Counted from the whole stretch's first letter, positions 25,761-39,719 are shown. The stretch is DNA of 63,884 nucleotides, filler included, from Choristocarpus tenellus KU-1152 (GCA_964200185.2; 12 parts of 12 records of this genome joined end to end with filler, not necessarily neighbours in it), one strand, 5' to 3'. The notes: generated by a model not told the origin, from the letters alone. Program-made: numbers and translations.

Positions 25761-28700
25761 GTCAAATCATTTGGAAATATGATGATTACCTTATCGAGAC
25801 AAACTTTTGGACCAAAATAAGGCGGAATATGGTCCTTATTAACAAGGTCCCTCCACTGTACATACATATTATCGTTGAGCAGTATCCCCCAAGTTCGAAC
25901 CATACTAGTGAATGGCGTGAATGGAATGGGACACACCAATAATCTAGTGATGCAGGCTACGTCAATCGGATATGCTGTGATTGTGCTTCCAAGACAAGGT
26001 GAGCTGGATGGAATGATCTCGAAAGCAGCGGGCATGTTGCCTATTGTAGTGGAGACGAGGATGGAACACAGAGATGTGGCGACACACTGGCTTCTGACTC
26101 ACCACATGATATCGATATGGTTCTGCCTTCTAAGTAAAGTCGTTATCTATTCCGTTTAGTACACTCCGATCTTAGTGGTCGTGACATCGTTGTTCCGAAT
26201 TCTCGAGTAGACAGCTTCCCATCTACTGTGTTGAGCTTCTTCTCTCCCTCTTTAACTCTCTGTACAGCCGCTGTACTTTATTTAGCTCTCGCCAGGCAAT
26301 GGCTGGTGCTTACCATCGTCCTCATCCCCTTCAAGGTTTATTCCATGTTATTATAGATGAGAAACGATTTGGTGGATGTGATGAAAGTGTCAATGGTTTT
26401 AGATATGCATATGACACAAACAAATCTACGACCCCTTAGGTGTCTATGAGGATTCGAATCTTGAGGTTAAAAACAAGTTTTCTGTGAAAAGTCATGAAGG
26501 ACCTGGACCAGTACTTACAGAACAAAATCAGAATATTTGGGTTTTGCGCCCTGTCGGGTAATCGGGAGAACCCACGAATATTGTCTTTTAGTATTACCAA
26601 ATTCGTGTGTTATCGTATCACAACTTCCTCCTGCTACCATATTGGTTGGGGTTCACGATCCAAATCTTTTACTTGTTTGGTCAATATCTTGGTAATATTG
26701 AGTGAATTGATGATGCCAAACCTATGGTCAAAATGATTATGTAATGAGGCGAACAAAATGTACTACAATACGATATACTACTCTTGCAATGAAATTGTAG
26801 TAGTTGGGAAAGATTTATAAGGACGTTACAATATGTATTTTCGGACATCTAGAATTCCAGAACGCAACATCTGTACCCCTTCACCAAACTTTCAACTCCA
26901 ATCCATTAATGCAGTCATTCCGTTTAGTGTTGATGATGAGCATCTTCCAAAACCACTATCCCAATACTTAAACAATAGAAAATGTTTATCTTTGTCATAT
27001 TTCATCACTTTTCCTCACTTTCGAGGTCTGACTACTTTCATGTTAAATTGTATGTATTATTTTGTCCAATGATTCTAGTAATACGCAATAATATAGAAAG
27101 GAATTGAAGGAATAATAAAAACTAGAAATAGATGAGTAGTGAGTATTGCGCCTTTTTAATTGTACCAGTATCTGAAAGTATTGTGATGAAATACGAAGAA
27201 CCGCATTTAAGGGTCGAACTACAAACTATAATCGTTTTTGCTTTGTTTTCTCCTTCATACACAAAACAAAATTATTCGTACCACCCCAATAAATATACAA
27301 TTTTGTCCCCAAAAAGTTTTGATGGGGTACGAAGGTGATGTGACAACATGTCGTAATTTACAGAATATATATACACCCCTACACTCAAGTACCTTTTGTT
27401 CTAATGAACAAAACATACCAACGTTTGTGTAATTTCCACTTCAGCCGTTAAAAATATATTAAAACTTCAGTCACTGTTGTTGTGGGTGAGACATAATAGC
27501 ACTCTCACTTTCGACCAACTCGAGTTGGACAGGGACGTTGAAACGTTGTCGCCGGGACCATAGCACTCGGAAGAGAGGTGGGAATAACGTGCGCTCCTCG
27601 TCCCTGTCGCAATATCTCTCCAATGTTTGGAGTTTGAAAAGGTGTGAGAAGCTAACGTATGATCAGCCCGAGTTTGGACAAAGTCCCAAATTGATGGAGG
27701 AGTGTTTGTGATTGTTTTTCACTATTGAATCCTTCCTTGAGGATTCCAATGTCATTGCGCGGAAGTGAACTGGATTCGGGGTAGTTAACAGAATGATCGT
27801 GGTGGCTCCATAGCACAAACAAGCTTTGCGGTTAGCATTAATGAGGAAACAGGAACAGGTTGTCAGCTTGTCTTGTGTGCGTTGTCGAGATACAACACAA
27901 TGTTACCTCGATCTCGAACTTGGAGAAGCAACTTGTCAGCACTCTACTGACATGGATTGAAGTCGACGACTGCTTCTGCGCTGAGAGCCCGGTCTTTGAA
28001 ACTCTTGGCGACTTATGGTCGTTAGGTGATGATAACTAAACCATGTTGTCGTGAATGTTCATTACAATGGTAGAAAATCTGTGAAGTCTGGTATGCTGTT
28101 GTCCGTGTCTTTTCACAGCGTTCGTTCTCTTGCTCTCTTGCTCTTGCTACCAACATCTCTTCCTATCCGAACCTCTGTTGCTCTTCGTGCAGGGAATACC
28201 TTCTTCTAACTGCCAAAAGTAGATATGACGCGCCCACCAGAGGGTGCTCCTACTTCTGAATCCACCCTAATAGAAACACGAAAACACACAGTAGCCTTGG
28301 TTGGGCCTCGGAAAAAGTCAGGAGAATATCCAGCAACCGATAAGGTACGCATGGGAAATGGGCATAGTACAGTAACACCAATGTTACCACTCCTCTACAC
28401 TGATACGCTATCGCTTGAAACTCGACTTGGACATTGGCCGTTTACTGGACATGCTTTCATGCGCTATACATTGTTCACGAATACATACCTAGCCTGCCAT
28501 CCTTTGTCAACACCAAACAACTTCCTTATACCTTGCACATGCCACAACTATGCTCTCTCCATTTCTTCCTCTTTGGGACCCAGCCCTGTTTGATGCACGA
28601 ATGAGCACTTTCTTTAACCCGTATTCCACAATCTCTTTGAATAACTCCATTTCCCTTGTATGTGTACGTTTCAAGGATGACTTTGAAAACGACCACAGCA

Positions 28701-30207
28701 GCTGTAGCACTCGTACTGGATCCACTTCCACCTCAACAAGTGGGCCGAGGGTACGTGCAACTACTACTTCGAGGAAATAGGCAGGAGTTGGTTGGGGAGA
28801 GTGAAAGAAATTAGTTACTACCAACTGATGTCTTGATGCGCAGAGGTAGTTGTAAGTGGGCATATTGTAGGCAGAGTCAATGGTGAAGGATGGGACTTCA
28901 GGAATTGTGAATGGTGAAGAGTGTGGGGTGGGTTCAAAGCAGAGAAATGTGTGACTTTGAGCAATGGTGGGTTGGAGTGAGCCTCAACAAACGAACTGGA
29001 GACCATGTTGCAAAGCTGACACATGTTTCTGAGCTTTCTCTTCTAAATAATACCAGCTCGGGTACACTGCTTCTACTTGGTATAGACTGATGTCTTGGGG
29101 CTGCAGCAGTTCAAATCCCTCCCCTCTCCCCACTTCCCATCCCTGCCTTGTGGAACAAACCTGCTATGGCCTGTTTTGGTTTGTCAGAGACCATCGATTG
29201 ATATACACTACAATTCCATAGTGCGACCAAAAGTATCCGCAAAGAAGCTCTTGGAAACAAGGGATACAGAAAACAAGCTGGTGGTGGGGGCGGGGGTCCT
29301 GATGGAGGTGGACTTGGAGGTGAGTTGGTGTTGCTAGAGCTGAGTCTGGAGCATGAGTATCTGATAGTTCCAAATCTTGGTGTAGCATGCCTGAAGTATT
29401 GAGGATAACACTTAGGTTACCACATGTTGTAGACCTCCACGAATATTTGTTTGAGAAGCACTACTTCAACCTGTACACATTGCGTCACTGCTTCAAACAC
29501 CGCCTCTATTCTCCACCAATAGCAATAGCAAAATAGCAGCACTTCACAGCACTGGGATTGGGGGGGAACAGAATACCTGAAAGTGCGAATACTTGGTAAG
29601 GCGTCTGGACACCACGATCAGGCCGTGGCATGGATTGTGCCATAACGTACATAACGTCAACGCAGTATGTAACACTAGCTAATCTAGACATCTGGTTGGG
29701 CATGCTAAATGTGTGAACACCCCTAACAAAACAGGACCCTTCTCCTACTCCGTAGTCAACTGTTGTTCCTATACCATATATACACATATATGTATTTATA
29801 TTCATATATATATATCTTGGTGTTCTCTACCATGAAACATCCCGTTACGACAATACCGTGGCAACAGCGTGAAGTCATTGTTCCTGCCACGAGACAAAAG
29901 TGTACAGTAGTATCCGCAGCCCTACTACTACACATTTGAGACCCCTTAGGCAACCGCCGGTGGAACCATCTACGACAAATACTCCACTAAAATGATCTTG
30001 TTTTGAAGTGTTGAAGTGCACGGTAGGGCTGGGCAGGGCCTCTCAAAGCATTGTAATCGATGTGTGCTGCTGCTCTGGTGCAGGCGCTTCTGTGCAGAGT
30101 TACGGGACCAAAGGTCAAGAGTTACAGGACTCGAGCGAACACGTGCGTGACTTGTTACGGTGTTGGAAAAAGGGACCCCACAAAGGCCTCTGGGTGACCA
30201 AATAAAC

Positions 30208-30334
30208 ACTCTTCTTACGTTACTGGTCCAACCATTTTTCATCTCTCTCACATTCTCAAACACCCTGCCCCCCCTTCTTACATTACTAGTCCAACCACTT
30301 TTCGTCTCTCTCAACATTTTCAAAACTCCCTGCC
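30208..30334. repeat. Two-copy ~61-bp tandem repeat
   Basis: CTTCTTAC(G/A)TTACT(G/A)GTCCAACCA...TCTCTCTCA(A)CATT(C/T)TCAAA...CCCTGCC occurs twice. Confidence 0.85.
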
Positions 30335-30338
30335 TTCC

Positions 30339-30391
<53 letters not shown>

Positions 30392-30423
30392 CCCCCCCCC
30401 CGCGCGGCGCGGGGGGGGGGGGG

Positions 30424-30523
30424 NNNNNNNNNNNNNNNNNNNNNNNNNNNNNNNNNNNNNNNNNNNNTTAATTAATTAANNNNNNNNNNNNNNNNNNNNN
30501 NNNNNNNNNNNNNNNNNNNNNNN
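30424..30523. other. Artificial contig spacer
   Basis: N44-TTAATTAATTAA-N44. Confidence 0.99.
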
Positions 30524-30648
30524 CCCCCCTTTCCCAGATACTTTCAGTCTGATGTATGTAAGAAAAAAAAATGCTTCACAATGATGCGCTTCACCCTATC
30601 TCTGGTCCTGCAAGTAAAAAAAAACATAATTCTGTTACAGAGCAGAAC

Positions 30649-33254
30649 CTGAAGTCGTCTGGATCTACCACATCCAAGGTATTGATGTCTGTCGCGACCC
30701 AGCCATTTCTTGTGTGGGTGGCGGTATCCCCAGGCGTTTCCCCTAGCACAATGCGGACCTCGCCCCTTTCAGCAAGGGATTGCTCAACTTCCAATCGCTT
30801 GAGGCGGCGTCTGACCTGTACAAACAACGAATTAGAAACATTTCGGAGTAGGAAAATGTTATAAAACCCCCCCCGTGGGAACCCAAGCCCCAAATGGACA
30901 ATCAGGGCAAAACTTGTACCCTCTAAAATACTTTCACTCAAGCAACAATGCATAGGAGCAGGGACCGGAGAGGGTGTATGTTGCTAACCGTACAACCTGA
31001 GTCAATTGTGTGCACGACCTTGATTGGGCAGTAAGTAGTCCCATCAAGCAACAGCCCCAACACTCCCCAAGAATACCTTTAAAAAACATTCAAGTTCGGC
31101 AAGAACGCATAGAGACAGTCGGTTGTCATCAGGAGAGTTCATTATTAATACCACTCAAGAGTGCAAAAAAACCCCATCCCTAGTTAGGGGTTTCCCATAT
31201 ACCGACGTGTGTGTGGGGAATGAACGGAGTAAGAATACTGAGAAGAGTCAAGGGAAACAAGAGAGAGGTACCCAGATTTTGGGCACTTTTGCATATTAAG
31301 CCAGTTTATTTTTTAGTCTTTTACAATTCACCCATACTTCTATGGATGAAGTGTTAAGTCACACTTGAGCAAAAGTATCTTAGGGTTAGGGTACGAGTTT
31401 TGCCCTGTTCGTCCATTTGAGGTTTGGCTTCTCACGAGTTTCTTATGACATTTTACCTCCTCCGAAATGTTCTGGAGTGGGTAAAATGTATACGTTATGA
31501 AAATGGGTGTTCAGAACAAGGATATTGACACTTTCCAACAAACACAATAGTCAAAATTTCATCGAAACCGCAACATTGGATTTTGGCCCCCAAACGGATG
31601 CGGCTCCACCCTCTATGTTACTTTGACTCACTTGAAAATCATTAAGTTTACTCTATTTTTGAACATTTTTGACAGAATTCAGAAAAAAAACATACACCTG
31701 CATGTAAAAATAGACGAATTTCGCACTCATTTGTCGGCAGCCTTGAAATGCAGCTCTGGGTACCTCTGGATTGCTTTGACTCAAATCCTTTACCCAACGG
31801 TATGGGAGAGTGTACTGCAGTTTGTGTTTTGGGAGCAACTGCCAAAAAGGATGGATAGATAGGTAGCGTTGTTGTAGTCATGCAAACTATTCTCATCAAG
31901 CACTGGGTACTTCCCGTGGGATAACTGAAAATGTTTCACCCTCTGCCACAGAGCACTTTTATCTGTTAGCCCTCCCTGCACTTCACACACACAATTCAAG
32001 ACTCTTGTAATTGGTCAGCACTGATCTTCCTTCTCTCCAAATCAATGCTGCTAGAAAACGTTACCATGAACCCTTACCCCCTTTCATACTTCCAACCTCT
32101 CCAAGTCTGTATGGAAGACAAATCCAAACCCGAGAAGCGATGTCCCATACCTTCCTCTTGCTTATCTCTTTTTCCAGCATTTCCGACACCCATTTCCATG
32201 CATAGATTCCCCCCTCTTCCCTCCTACGCCCTGGGTCTTTTCCACCATCATCCTCATTGGCCCAACTCTCCCTGGCGGCTGTCTCACACGATCTCCCTCC
32301 AACCAAATCTGGTGATTCTCCTTCACATGGAAGCTTGAGGCCAAGCGTTTCAATCACAAAGGTCCTTGCTGCCCCTTGGATAGTATCTCCCTCTCTCAGT
32401 TCCAAAGGCCAATCTCCAGACCTGGGACTCCTTGTACCTCCGAATCCTTCCCCATCCTCAGCCAATACCTTCACGGACGTATGTAGTACGAGGTGATTCA
32501 AGGGAGGTAGGTTCAACACACCCAGACATACTCTACAGAGTGATGCTGCACTTGATTCTGACCTTGTCCAGAGTTCGCTGTCAAATGCTTGTACCGCCTG
32601 GTGCTCATTTGGGTTGCAACCCTCTCTAATATCTGTGGTTGTACCAACCCTGTCCTGAGTTTGTGGTAGAGAGAACTTAGTAGAGTTGCTTCCCACGATC
32701 ATTCCGGTCGAGGTTACAGCATAGGCAGATACTACAGTGTCAACTCCTGGGCATATCCCAAGTGGAATCAGGCGCCAGCGATTGTTGGAATTGGAAGGGG
32801 GCTGTCAGAGGAGTGACATCAGAGTAGCAAAAGCAGCGTGAGGGAAAGGAGATGGGTCATCAGCGTATTGTGAACACATTGATCAGGAAAATAGATACGG
32901 AAATGCCTTGGCAAGCCCGAGCGATATATCTCTGACCTTCCAAAGTCTGACAGCCCCATGCCCGATATCCAGGAGACCAAAAAGACCATCTTGCTCTCCA
33001 TTCCTTGGATGTTGTGTGGTGATGTTCACGTCGATCTCTATTTGCTCTGAGGTCTCGATGCTTATGGAGACCTTCACAGTTGGAGAGCTCTTTGCCGTAG
33101 AATGTTCCCGATGATGGTGAAATGGGCCAGCTTCCATCGATGACAGCCCAGAGATCTTTCGATGACCCATTGTCCAGAAACCGACACAGAATAAACATGC
33201 CAAGGTCAGCATTGTACAAGCCACCCATACCCTTACTTTATGTTGATGTGACAT
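30649..33254 (-). CDS. Signal-anchored protein with putative class I SAM-dependent methyltransferase C-terminus, partial (exons 33254-32937, 32801-32151, 30815-30649)
   Basis: Three ORFs join in phase 0 through GT-AG introns (RLWK|PPSN and SKRK|VRRR). N-terminal hydrophobic stretch VWVACTMLTLACLFCVGFW. RIVLGETPG...NGWVATDINTLDV resembles the first strand/Gly loop of Methyltransf_11-like enzymes. Start codon and end of exon 3 are tentative. Confidence 0.7.
30835..30939 (+). mobile_element. MITE family A, 3' fragment (intronic)
   Basis: GGAGTAGGAAAATG...CCCCAAATGGAC...TACCCTCTAAAATACTTTCACTC. Confidence 0.88.
31245..31782 (+). mobile_element. MITE family D, interrupted by a family A copy (intronic)
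   Basis: Ends GAGTCAAGG...GAGGTACCCAGA / TCTGGGTACCTC...CTTTGACTC; body aligns with 43407-43664; TSD not preserved. Confidence 0.8.
31367..31629 (-). mobile_element. MITE family A, full length, nested in family D
   Basis: TSD ACTT on both sides; one TIR reads TTAGGGTTAGGGTA instead of TTAGAGGGTA. Confidence 0.93.
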
Positions 33255-35607
33255 CTTATTGCAGTTTTTATCACCCAGAAGACTCTCTATTTGGGGTGCA
33301 AATGACACAACCGTAAGTATACTAGCATCAGTGGAGCACGGTGGCAGAGACACAGAGAGTGGAAGCTCCTTATTCAGACATCGGACTTTGGGAGGAGAGG
33401 TGATTTCCTGAGGGTTCACGGCCCCTCGTATGCTGAAGCTAGTAGACTCTCCTTGCTTTAATGTTGTGGTGCAAATTCAGTGAGCATTTCCCTCTTGCTG
33501 TGGCGTTCAGATCGCGAAGTGACCATATCCAAGTGCATGTCTGGTCAGAAGGTAACTCAACTACCGATCTCAACTGACGGCAGTGCTGCACGAAATATCA
33601 CCTCAATTGGAGGTTGAGCTCAGTGATAGAGGACTGGACAGTGGACAGTCCACACGGAAGACTACCAAATTGACTTCAAATTTGTGAAATGAGGAGTGAG
33701 AGACAACAACGATAAGCTGACAAGGTATTTATTTGTACATGAAGATTCTAGATTTCAAATTATTGATATCCATCCTTATCCAACAACCCTTCCAAGTAAT
33801 ACAAATACCAGAAATCAAACCTAACTTCTAATAATACACTGTTAGCGAATTTTTCCTGTATTTTTTCCCATATGCAATTGTATTTTCATGAATAGTTAGG
33901 ATCTCTGAAGAAAGTGAGTAGCGACAACAACCACCTAGTCGTGTTGAAGGGCCGGCAGTGAGATGGGCAGGAACAGAATCAAGGTGAAGAAGAGAGTGAG
34001 ATGATGAGCCGAGATGGGCGATCAAGGTAACCTCAACACAGTACACGTATCTGGTCGAACAAGGTACGTGCGGAAAAACCCAACAGAAAGGAAGCAGAAC
34101 AGATCCAGCTCAAGTGTAACGCTTGAGCTAGAACATTTCGCAGCACGACCAATCTAATGAGAGGTGCTCGTGATGATGACCTCAAAGAAAAAAAATCACT
34201 CAGGAGGGTTTCGAGAGAGACCATCCTCTCTCTCAAGAGGATCTGAGACAGAGACAAAGAATCCATGGGAGATTGGTTCTGACCAGAACGGAAAACAAGA
34301 ATCCACGCCGGTTCTGGCGAGAGGTTAGGCCAAGAGTCCATGCCGATTCTGACAAGAGCTGGGACAAAGAGTTCATAGGTGATCACCATCAGCGAATGAA
34401 TGAAGATTAGGACTATCAGCAAGACTCATCAACCAGAGATGTGCCACTGCAAATGTCTGTTCGATTTGGCAGACCCAAAACACTCTCACTAAGACTTTCG
34501 ACCTCAAATATGCCAAGGAAGGTGTCTCTCAGACGCACTCTCCACACCTTTAGTTTTTTTTTAATATCTAATATGAGCGGGGGTACCTTGATACACCAGG
34601 AGACACCTAAGTACCCGATAAACCTCCTACGTAACAGCATAATTTGTATGTGTTCGACTCAACAGGTTGACATCAACATAAGTTCCCTATCGCCAAAAGA
34701 TACATGGAGTCATGCAACGCTCTCTCTTCTCCCATGTACGTCTCCGCGCGTCCCCTGAGGGGTTCAGCCCCTTAGACGGGACTATATATATATAGTATAC
34801 CTTTAACCGTCCTACCCTCAAACCAGTCCCCCATTTCACAGTCAACAGGTATAATAAAAAGAAATAAACTCAAATTCCCCCCCCAAAAGTTTTTGCAATA
34901 CTTACTATTAGGAAGTTCGTGTGTAAATAGTATCGCCCAGTATTTTTGTGTCCAGGGCAATGAAGAAGCCTCACTGGTTCATTGATCAAGGTGCTGATGG
35001 CTCGATATCAACAAGGAGGGATATCTGCGCCACCATCATCCATCGACCCATCACACTCAATACATCCTAAAAAACATTGGGCTGACAAATATTGAGGCCA
35101 AATCGTTGATTCCCACCAACAAGATGGAACTCCTCATCTATGCACAGCACTCATTGGGAAATTATGACCTGGGCAAAGACAAAGTTTGGGCTAGATCTCT
35201 CATTGAGGGGTCTGGGTACATCCTTCTTAAACACTAGGATATGATTTGGGCACTACCTCATGTACATCCAAGTTTTAGCCCATGGAGTTGAGTTGTTTTG
35301 GCAGAGCACGGGAAGCATTATGACATCTTTCAGCAAGTAAAGGGGAGTGCAATTGACCAAGTGAGAGATCAAATAAGACTGGGGTAGTGCAGTGACCCTA
35401 ACCATAACCCTAACAGGGATCGGATTGAGGGGGTTTAGAAACCAGCAGACTGTGGCAAACTGGTTTCCCATGCCCCTTGAGTGGGAGAAGACAAAATGCA
35501 TCAAGACAGAGTACAAGATGTTGGAGGAGACACACTCAACCCGATGAATGTTCCGGAAGATCTGAGAAGACATTTCAGAGCTAGTGAGACCTATGGATGC
35601 TGTAGAA

Positions 35608-35640
<33 letters not shown>

Positions 35641-35698
35641 TTTTGGGGGGGGGTGCTGGGGGTGGGTGGGGGGGGGAGAATTGTGTAAAAAAATCAAT

Positions 35699-35798
35699 NN
35701 NNNNNNNNNNNNNNNNNNNNNNNNNNNNNNNNNNNNNNNNNNTTAATTAATTAANNNNNNNNNNNNNNNNNNNNNNNNNNNNNNNNNNNNNNNNNNNN
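35699..35798. other. Artificial contig spacer
   Basis: N44-TTAATTAATTAA-N44. Confidence 0.99.
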
Positions 35799-35881
35799 AT
35801 AACGTAGGTTCACTTCTCCTGTTCAGGGCCCGAATTGACACCCTGGCGTAGACCCCCCCCCCCACAGAGATACTTTGAGCC
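35799..35881 (-). mobile_element. MITE family B fragment at contig start
   Basis: GACACCCTGG...CCCC...AGATACTTTGAGCC. Confidence 0.85.
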
Positions 35882-38039
35882 AACTTACACGCAGGTCGAA
35901 GAAGTGTGTTATTTCCACCAGCAGCAATGCATATTTATGCCTTCATATCACAGCACGAAATAAAGATATTAGTCTTCACCCTCTGTGTAGCATTTATTTT
36001 ATTCTCCCAACACTCATGACTCCACCTTGTCCCTCAAATTTTGTGCTGGACTCGCCTTGACATTGCTACCACTTGGTCTAGAGCTTCTTGTGGTATCGCA
36101 AGAGATATGATAGCACAGGTACATTATCTGCCTGTTGTGCTTGCCAAATGGATTTGGATAGTCGAAACCTGATTTTCATACAGAAAAGAAGTCTGGTATT
36201 GATGGGATTCAAACCTCCAAGATTCATGCAGAGAACAGTGTAGTTCCAATCACTTGAGCCACAATGGCTCATACTATTGCCATTACTAGTCGCACACTAG
36301 CCTGACGGGTTCCAGAGGTCTTAGGCTGGTTGTCGAAAGGTGACTTAAGGCAGAAGAAGTCAACCCAAAACTGGAACAAAAGAAGTACTATGGGACAAAA
36401 ATAGGGGGAAAAGCCATGAAAAGAAGAAAGAAAAAAGAGAGAAGAAAGAATCAAGTTGTGTCTACAAGGGTAACGAAGAGAAATCCAGGTGAAATTAACT
36501 ACGACTCAATGACTTTTTACATACCAAAATTCCACACAACTAAATTAACTAAAAAGAGAAATACAGTAAGAAAACCAGGATTCAGCACACAGTAGTGGTG
36601 GTGGTGTTGGTTGCTTGGGTTACCTTACCTACTGCTTTAGCGTTGCTATATTAGATCATAGATTCCACCACTCTTCCATGAAGACAATACTCTCTTTCAA
36701 AACGTTCTTCCTGATTTAAATCAAAGTTCTATGCATGAGATTTGGGTGATTTGTAACGCAATGTGATATATTTGTGCTGATTTCTCCAAGCGTATTAAAA
36801 AACAAACCACAACATACTTCCACAATATTCTAACAACCTGTATTACATACTACAGAGATAATGCTTCTAGCAGTGAAGAAAGAGCACAAAAATGAGGGTT
36901 AATTAGTTTCTTGCCTGCAGTAAGTAGCCCGAGGGTCTTTTACCTTGGGGCGCAATGAACATTTCCGCACTCAGCGCCAACAATTGAAAAAAAAAGTCGA
37001 AACTGTCCAAGCAAGCCTATGCCACTTTAACCACAATTCCTTTCGTTTAACAACTCTAAACATTGCCCCCTTTCATTGATGCAGCGGCATTGCGTCCACA
37101 ATTTCATCTTAATGGTACGATTAATTCAATGTATATTTACAACGTAAACAAGATATCTTTAGTAATATTGTACTCCTGAATACACCCAAACTCCATCATA
37201 GATGCTGACAGAAACACAACATCCCGTAGTGGAGCTTTCTTAACTTTGAAAGTACCACATTTTGACGTGAATTGGAGCACTGTTTTCTGTTTTTGTTGCA
37301 AAACGAAGCAGTGCCTTTTCGCTACGCACCACTCCCTGCCAATATAGTGTCATTGTTGTGAACTAAATTGTACCACAAATTGTGCAATCTCTTAAAAGTT
37401 TCATTATCATACCCACGTTCGGGTGTTCTTCCTTTGCTTGCACCTCGTTCTATGAAATGGGCGGAGCCATATTTCTGGGAGATATTATACTTAGTTTGCT
37501 CTCAGTACCTCGGCAACTGATTGTTGTTAGCAGTCTGGCACTGTTTGCTCCTCTGCTTGCACTCACTGCTCCCTGTACAATGAGGCCTCTCCAGGCAAAA
37601 AGTGGGATTCGTAGGCAATCATACCCATTAACGCAACTTCTTTTTTAACCTACTTCCTTCTACTCAAAATGGACGCATGGGGATAAGGACTTCACTTCAT
37701 CCCATGTTTCAACGCACGGAAATTGGTGGTGGTGAGAGCTGCGGGATTCACACCCTAGTCAACGCAACCAGAGGGATTGATGTGGAACTGCATTTTGCAC
37801 TCCTTTATGCTTCTGTATTTGTGCCTATCCTATCGACAAACATGTCACAGAGGTGCTCTTGCTTACTCTCCTGAATACACCTTGCAACATCCTCTTGGGT
37901 GCTTGACCCCTGTACCTCATGTCGCAATCAAATATTTTGTTTTGTCTACCACATCTAGAGAACCACATGCACTCTAACGGTTAGAGTGCATGTTGTGAGA
38001 ATCCTGTTCAGTACCCCGGTGCCCCATTTGCAACAACCA

Positions 38040-38400
38040 TAATGGGCTACTGCTGACCTTACATACCAGGAACGGGTATTTCAGGGCGCAAAGATGCGAG
38101 TGGGCAACACAAGGGGGCTGCACCAGGGAGGAAAGAGAAGTAGAAGCTCCACCAGGAAGTGGTCACTGTGCTCAAGCAGCACCTGGAGGAAAGACATATG
38201 TGGGGGCTGCGGAATGTGTGTTTTAGGGGAAAAGAGGAGAAGCTCCACCACCTAATAGCCACAGTGCACCGGGATGAAAGGGACAATGGGGGACTGTGCC
38301 TGTGTAGAAAGGGTGGACTTGTCTATGCTTTTCTGGGCAAAATATTAGAGAGCAAAAAGTGTAGCCGTATGTTCTGTGCGAAACTTTGTGCTCCTAAGTC
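38040..38400 (+). mobile_element. Possible IS630/Tc1-like transposase remnant
   Basis: VTVLKQHLEERHMWG...C...LCRKGG resembles the KGLxxVLxERGLW...CC segment of such transposases; no catalytic motif recovered. Confidence 0.3.
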
Positions 38401-39719
38401 GCCAGCACAAATTCCTCGGTACTACTGGTTACGTGGCAGAGCAAACCATTTCAATTCGCAAGGATCGGACTTTGAAGTGGGATGTGAGGCGCTGTTTGCC
38501 ACTTATGCGTGTGCTGTCTGTAGGGGCTCCCAAACAAAATGCCTTTGGACATCATCATCTTCCCGCCTTAATCACATGGCAGCAACCTGCATGATCTCTG
38601 CACCTTTCTATAATGGTACCCACAGGCATTGTTTGGGAGAACTTGACTCTACTTGGACCCAGTATCACACACTGGACATGTAAAAATCCCTCAAGGACAT
38701 TTGGCTTCGTTGGTTCTCAGTACCCTCATCAACCAGTGTTCAATTGGAGTCTGACACTCTTTGCTCCCCTGTTTGCACCCATTGTTCCAGGTGCTATAAG
38801 CCTATTTCAAGTTGGGAGAGAGTGGGGATCTTAGACAATTATCCCGATGAAAACTACACTTGTAGCTTTACTTGACATTCGAAATGGACAATTGTGAGGG
38901 TATCATTATGGTATATGTCGGCGCCTAGTGGTAAGGACTTGCTTTCGTCAAAGTTTCCGACAAACAGAAAACGATGGTGATGAGAATTGTGGGACCCATA
39001 TACTCTAATCAACACAACCAAGGGGGCCAAGGTGGGAGTGTGGACTGTGCTCTATTTTTTTTGCTGCATTCGTGAGTCTTTTGCTCAGATGAATATGTGG
39101 CAAAGACACTTTCCCTACCTTGCCTAGGGGCCCCTCACAAAAAAATCCTATTTTGTGCTTGGTCTGTACAAGAGAAAAAGCAGCGGACAGTTGAAGAGGG
39201 GACTGCAACCCCCTAATGGTCATTATTCTCTACCCAACTTGTAAGCATGGAACACACACCATCTCACACATTGACTCACAAGCACTTCTCTACATTGTTG
39301 CTGCTACATTTGTAAAGAAGTCTCCTTAGAGATAAACGCTGTAAGTATGCATGCATTAATGCCCATCCAAATATAAGCTGAACCTCACTGCCAGCATGAA
39401 ATCTATTCCTTTCTGTGTATCTTGTACAAAATGCGTTTACTCAACTTTGTTGATACACGAACAATGAACCAACATTTGTTTAATATAGAGGTGCATAAAG
39501 ATCAATACTTAGAAAGACTTCATAGTAGAATCAAGGAAACGGTAGCAGTGCCCCTTCACTCCTGTACACGATAAAGCTTGCAATCGATGGTAAATCTCAC
39601 AACTTAGAGTTGTGATCTCTCTGTAGGTCACTGTCCGTGTACTACACCCATACTTTTGCAGAGCCACAGCACTCACAACAGGTTGAACTAATTTGCCATC
39701 AATCTACATGATGATGGTC

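Noticed and set aside
28225-30130. Multi-exon host gene
   Set aside because: No consistent splice path or recognisable domain found.
30160-30471. Poly-proline or poly-glycine ORFs (also 35481-35750 and 52457-52717)
   Set aside because: They are translations of homopolymer C/G runs at contig ends, likely low-quality sequence.
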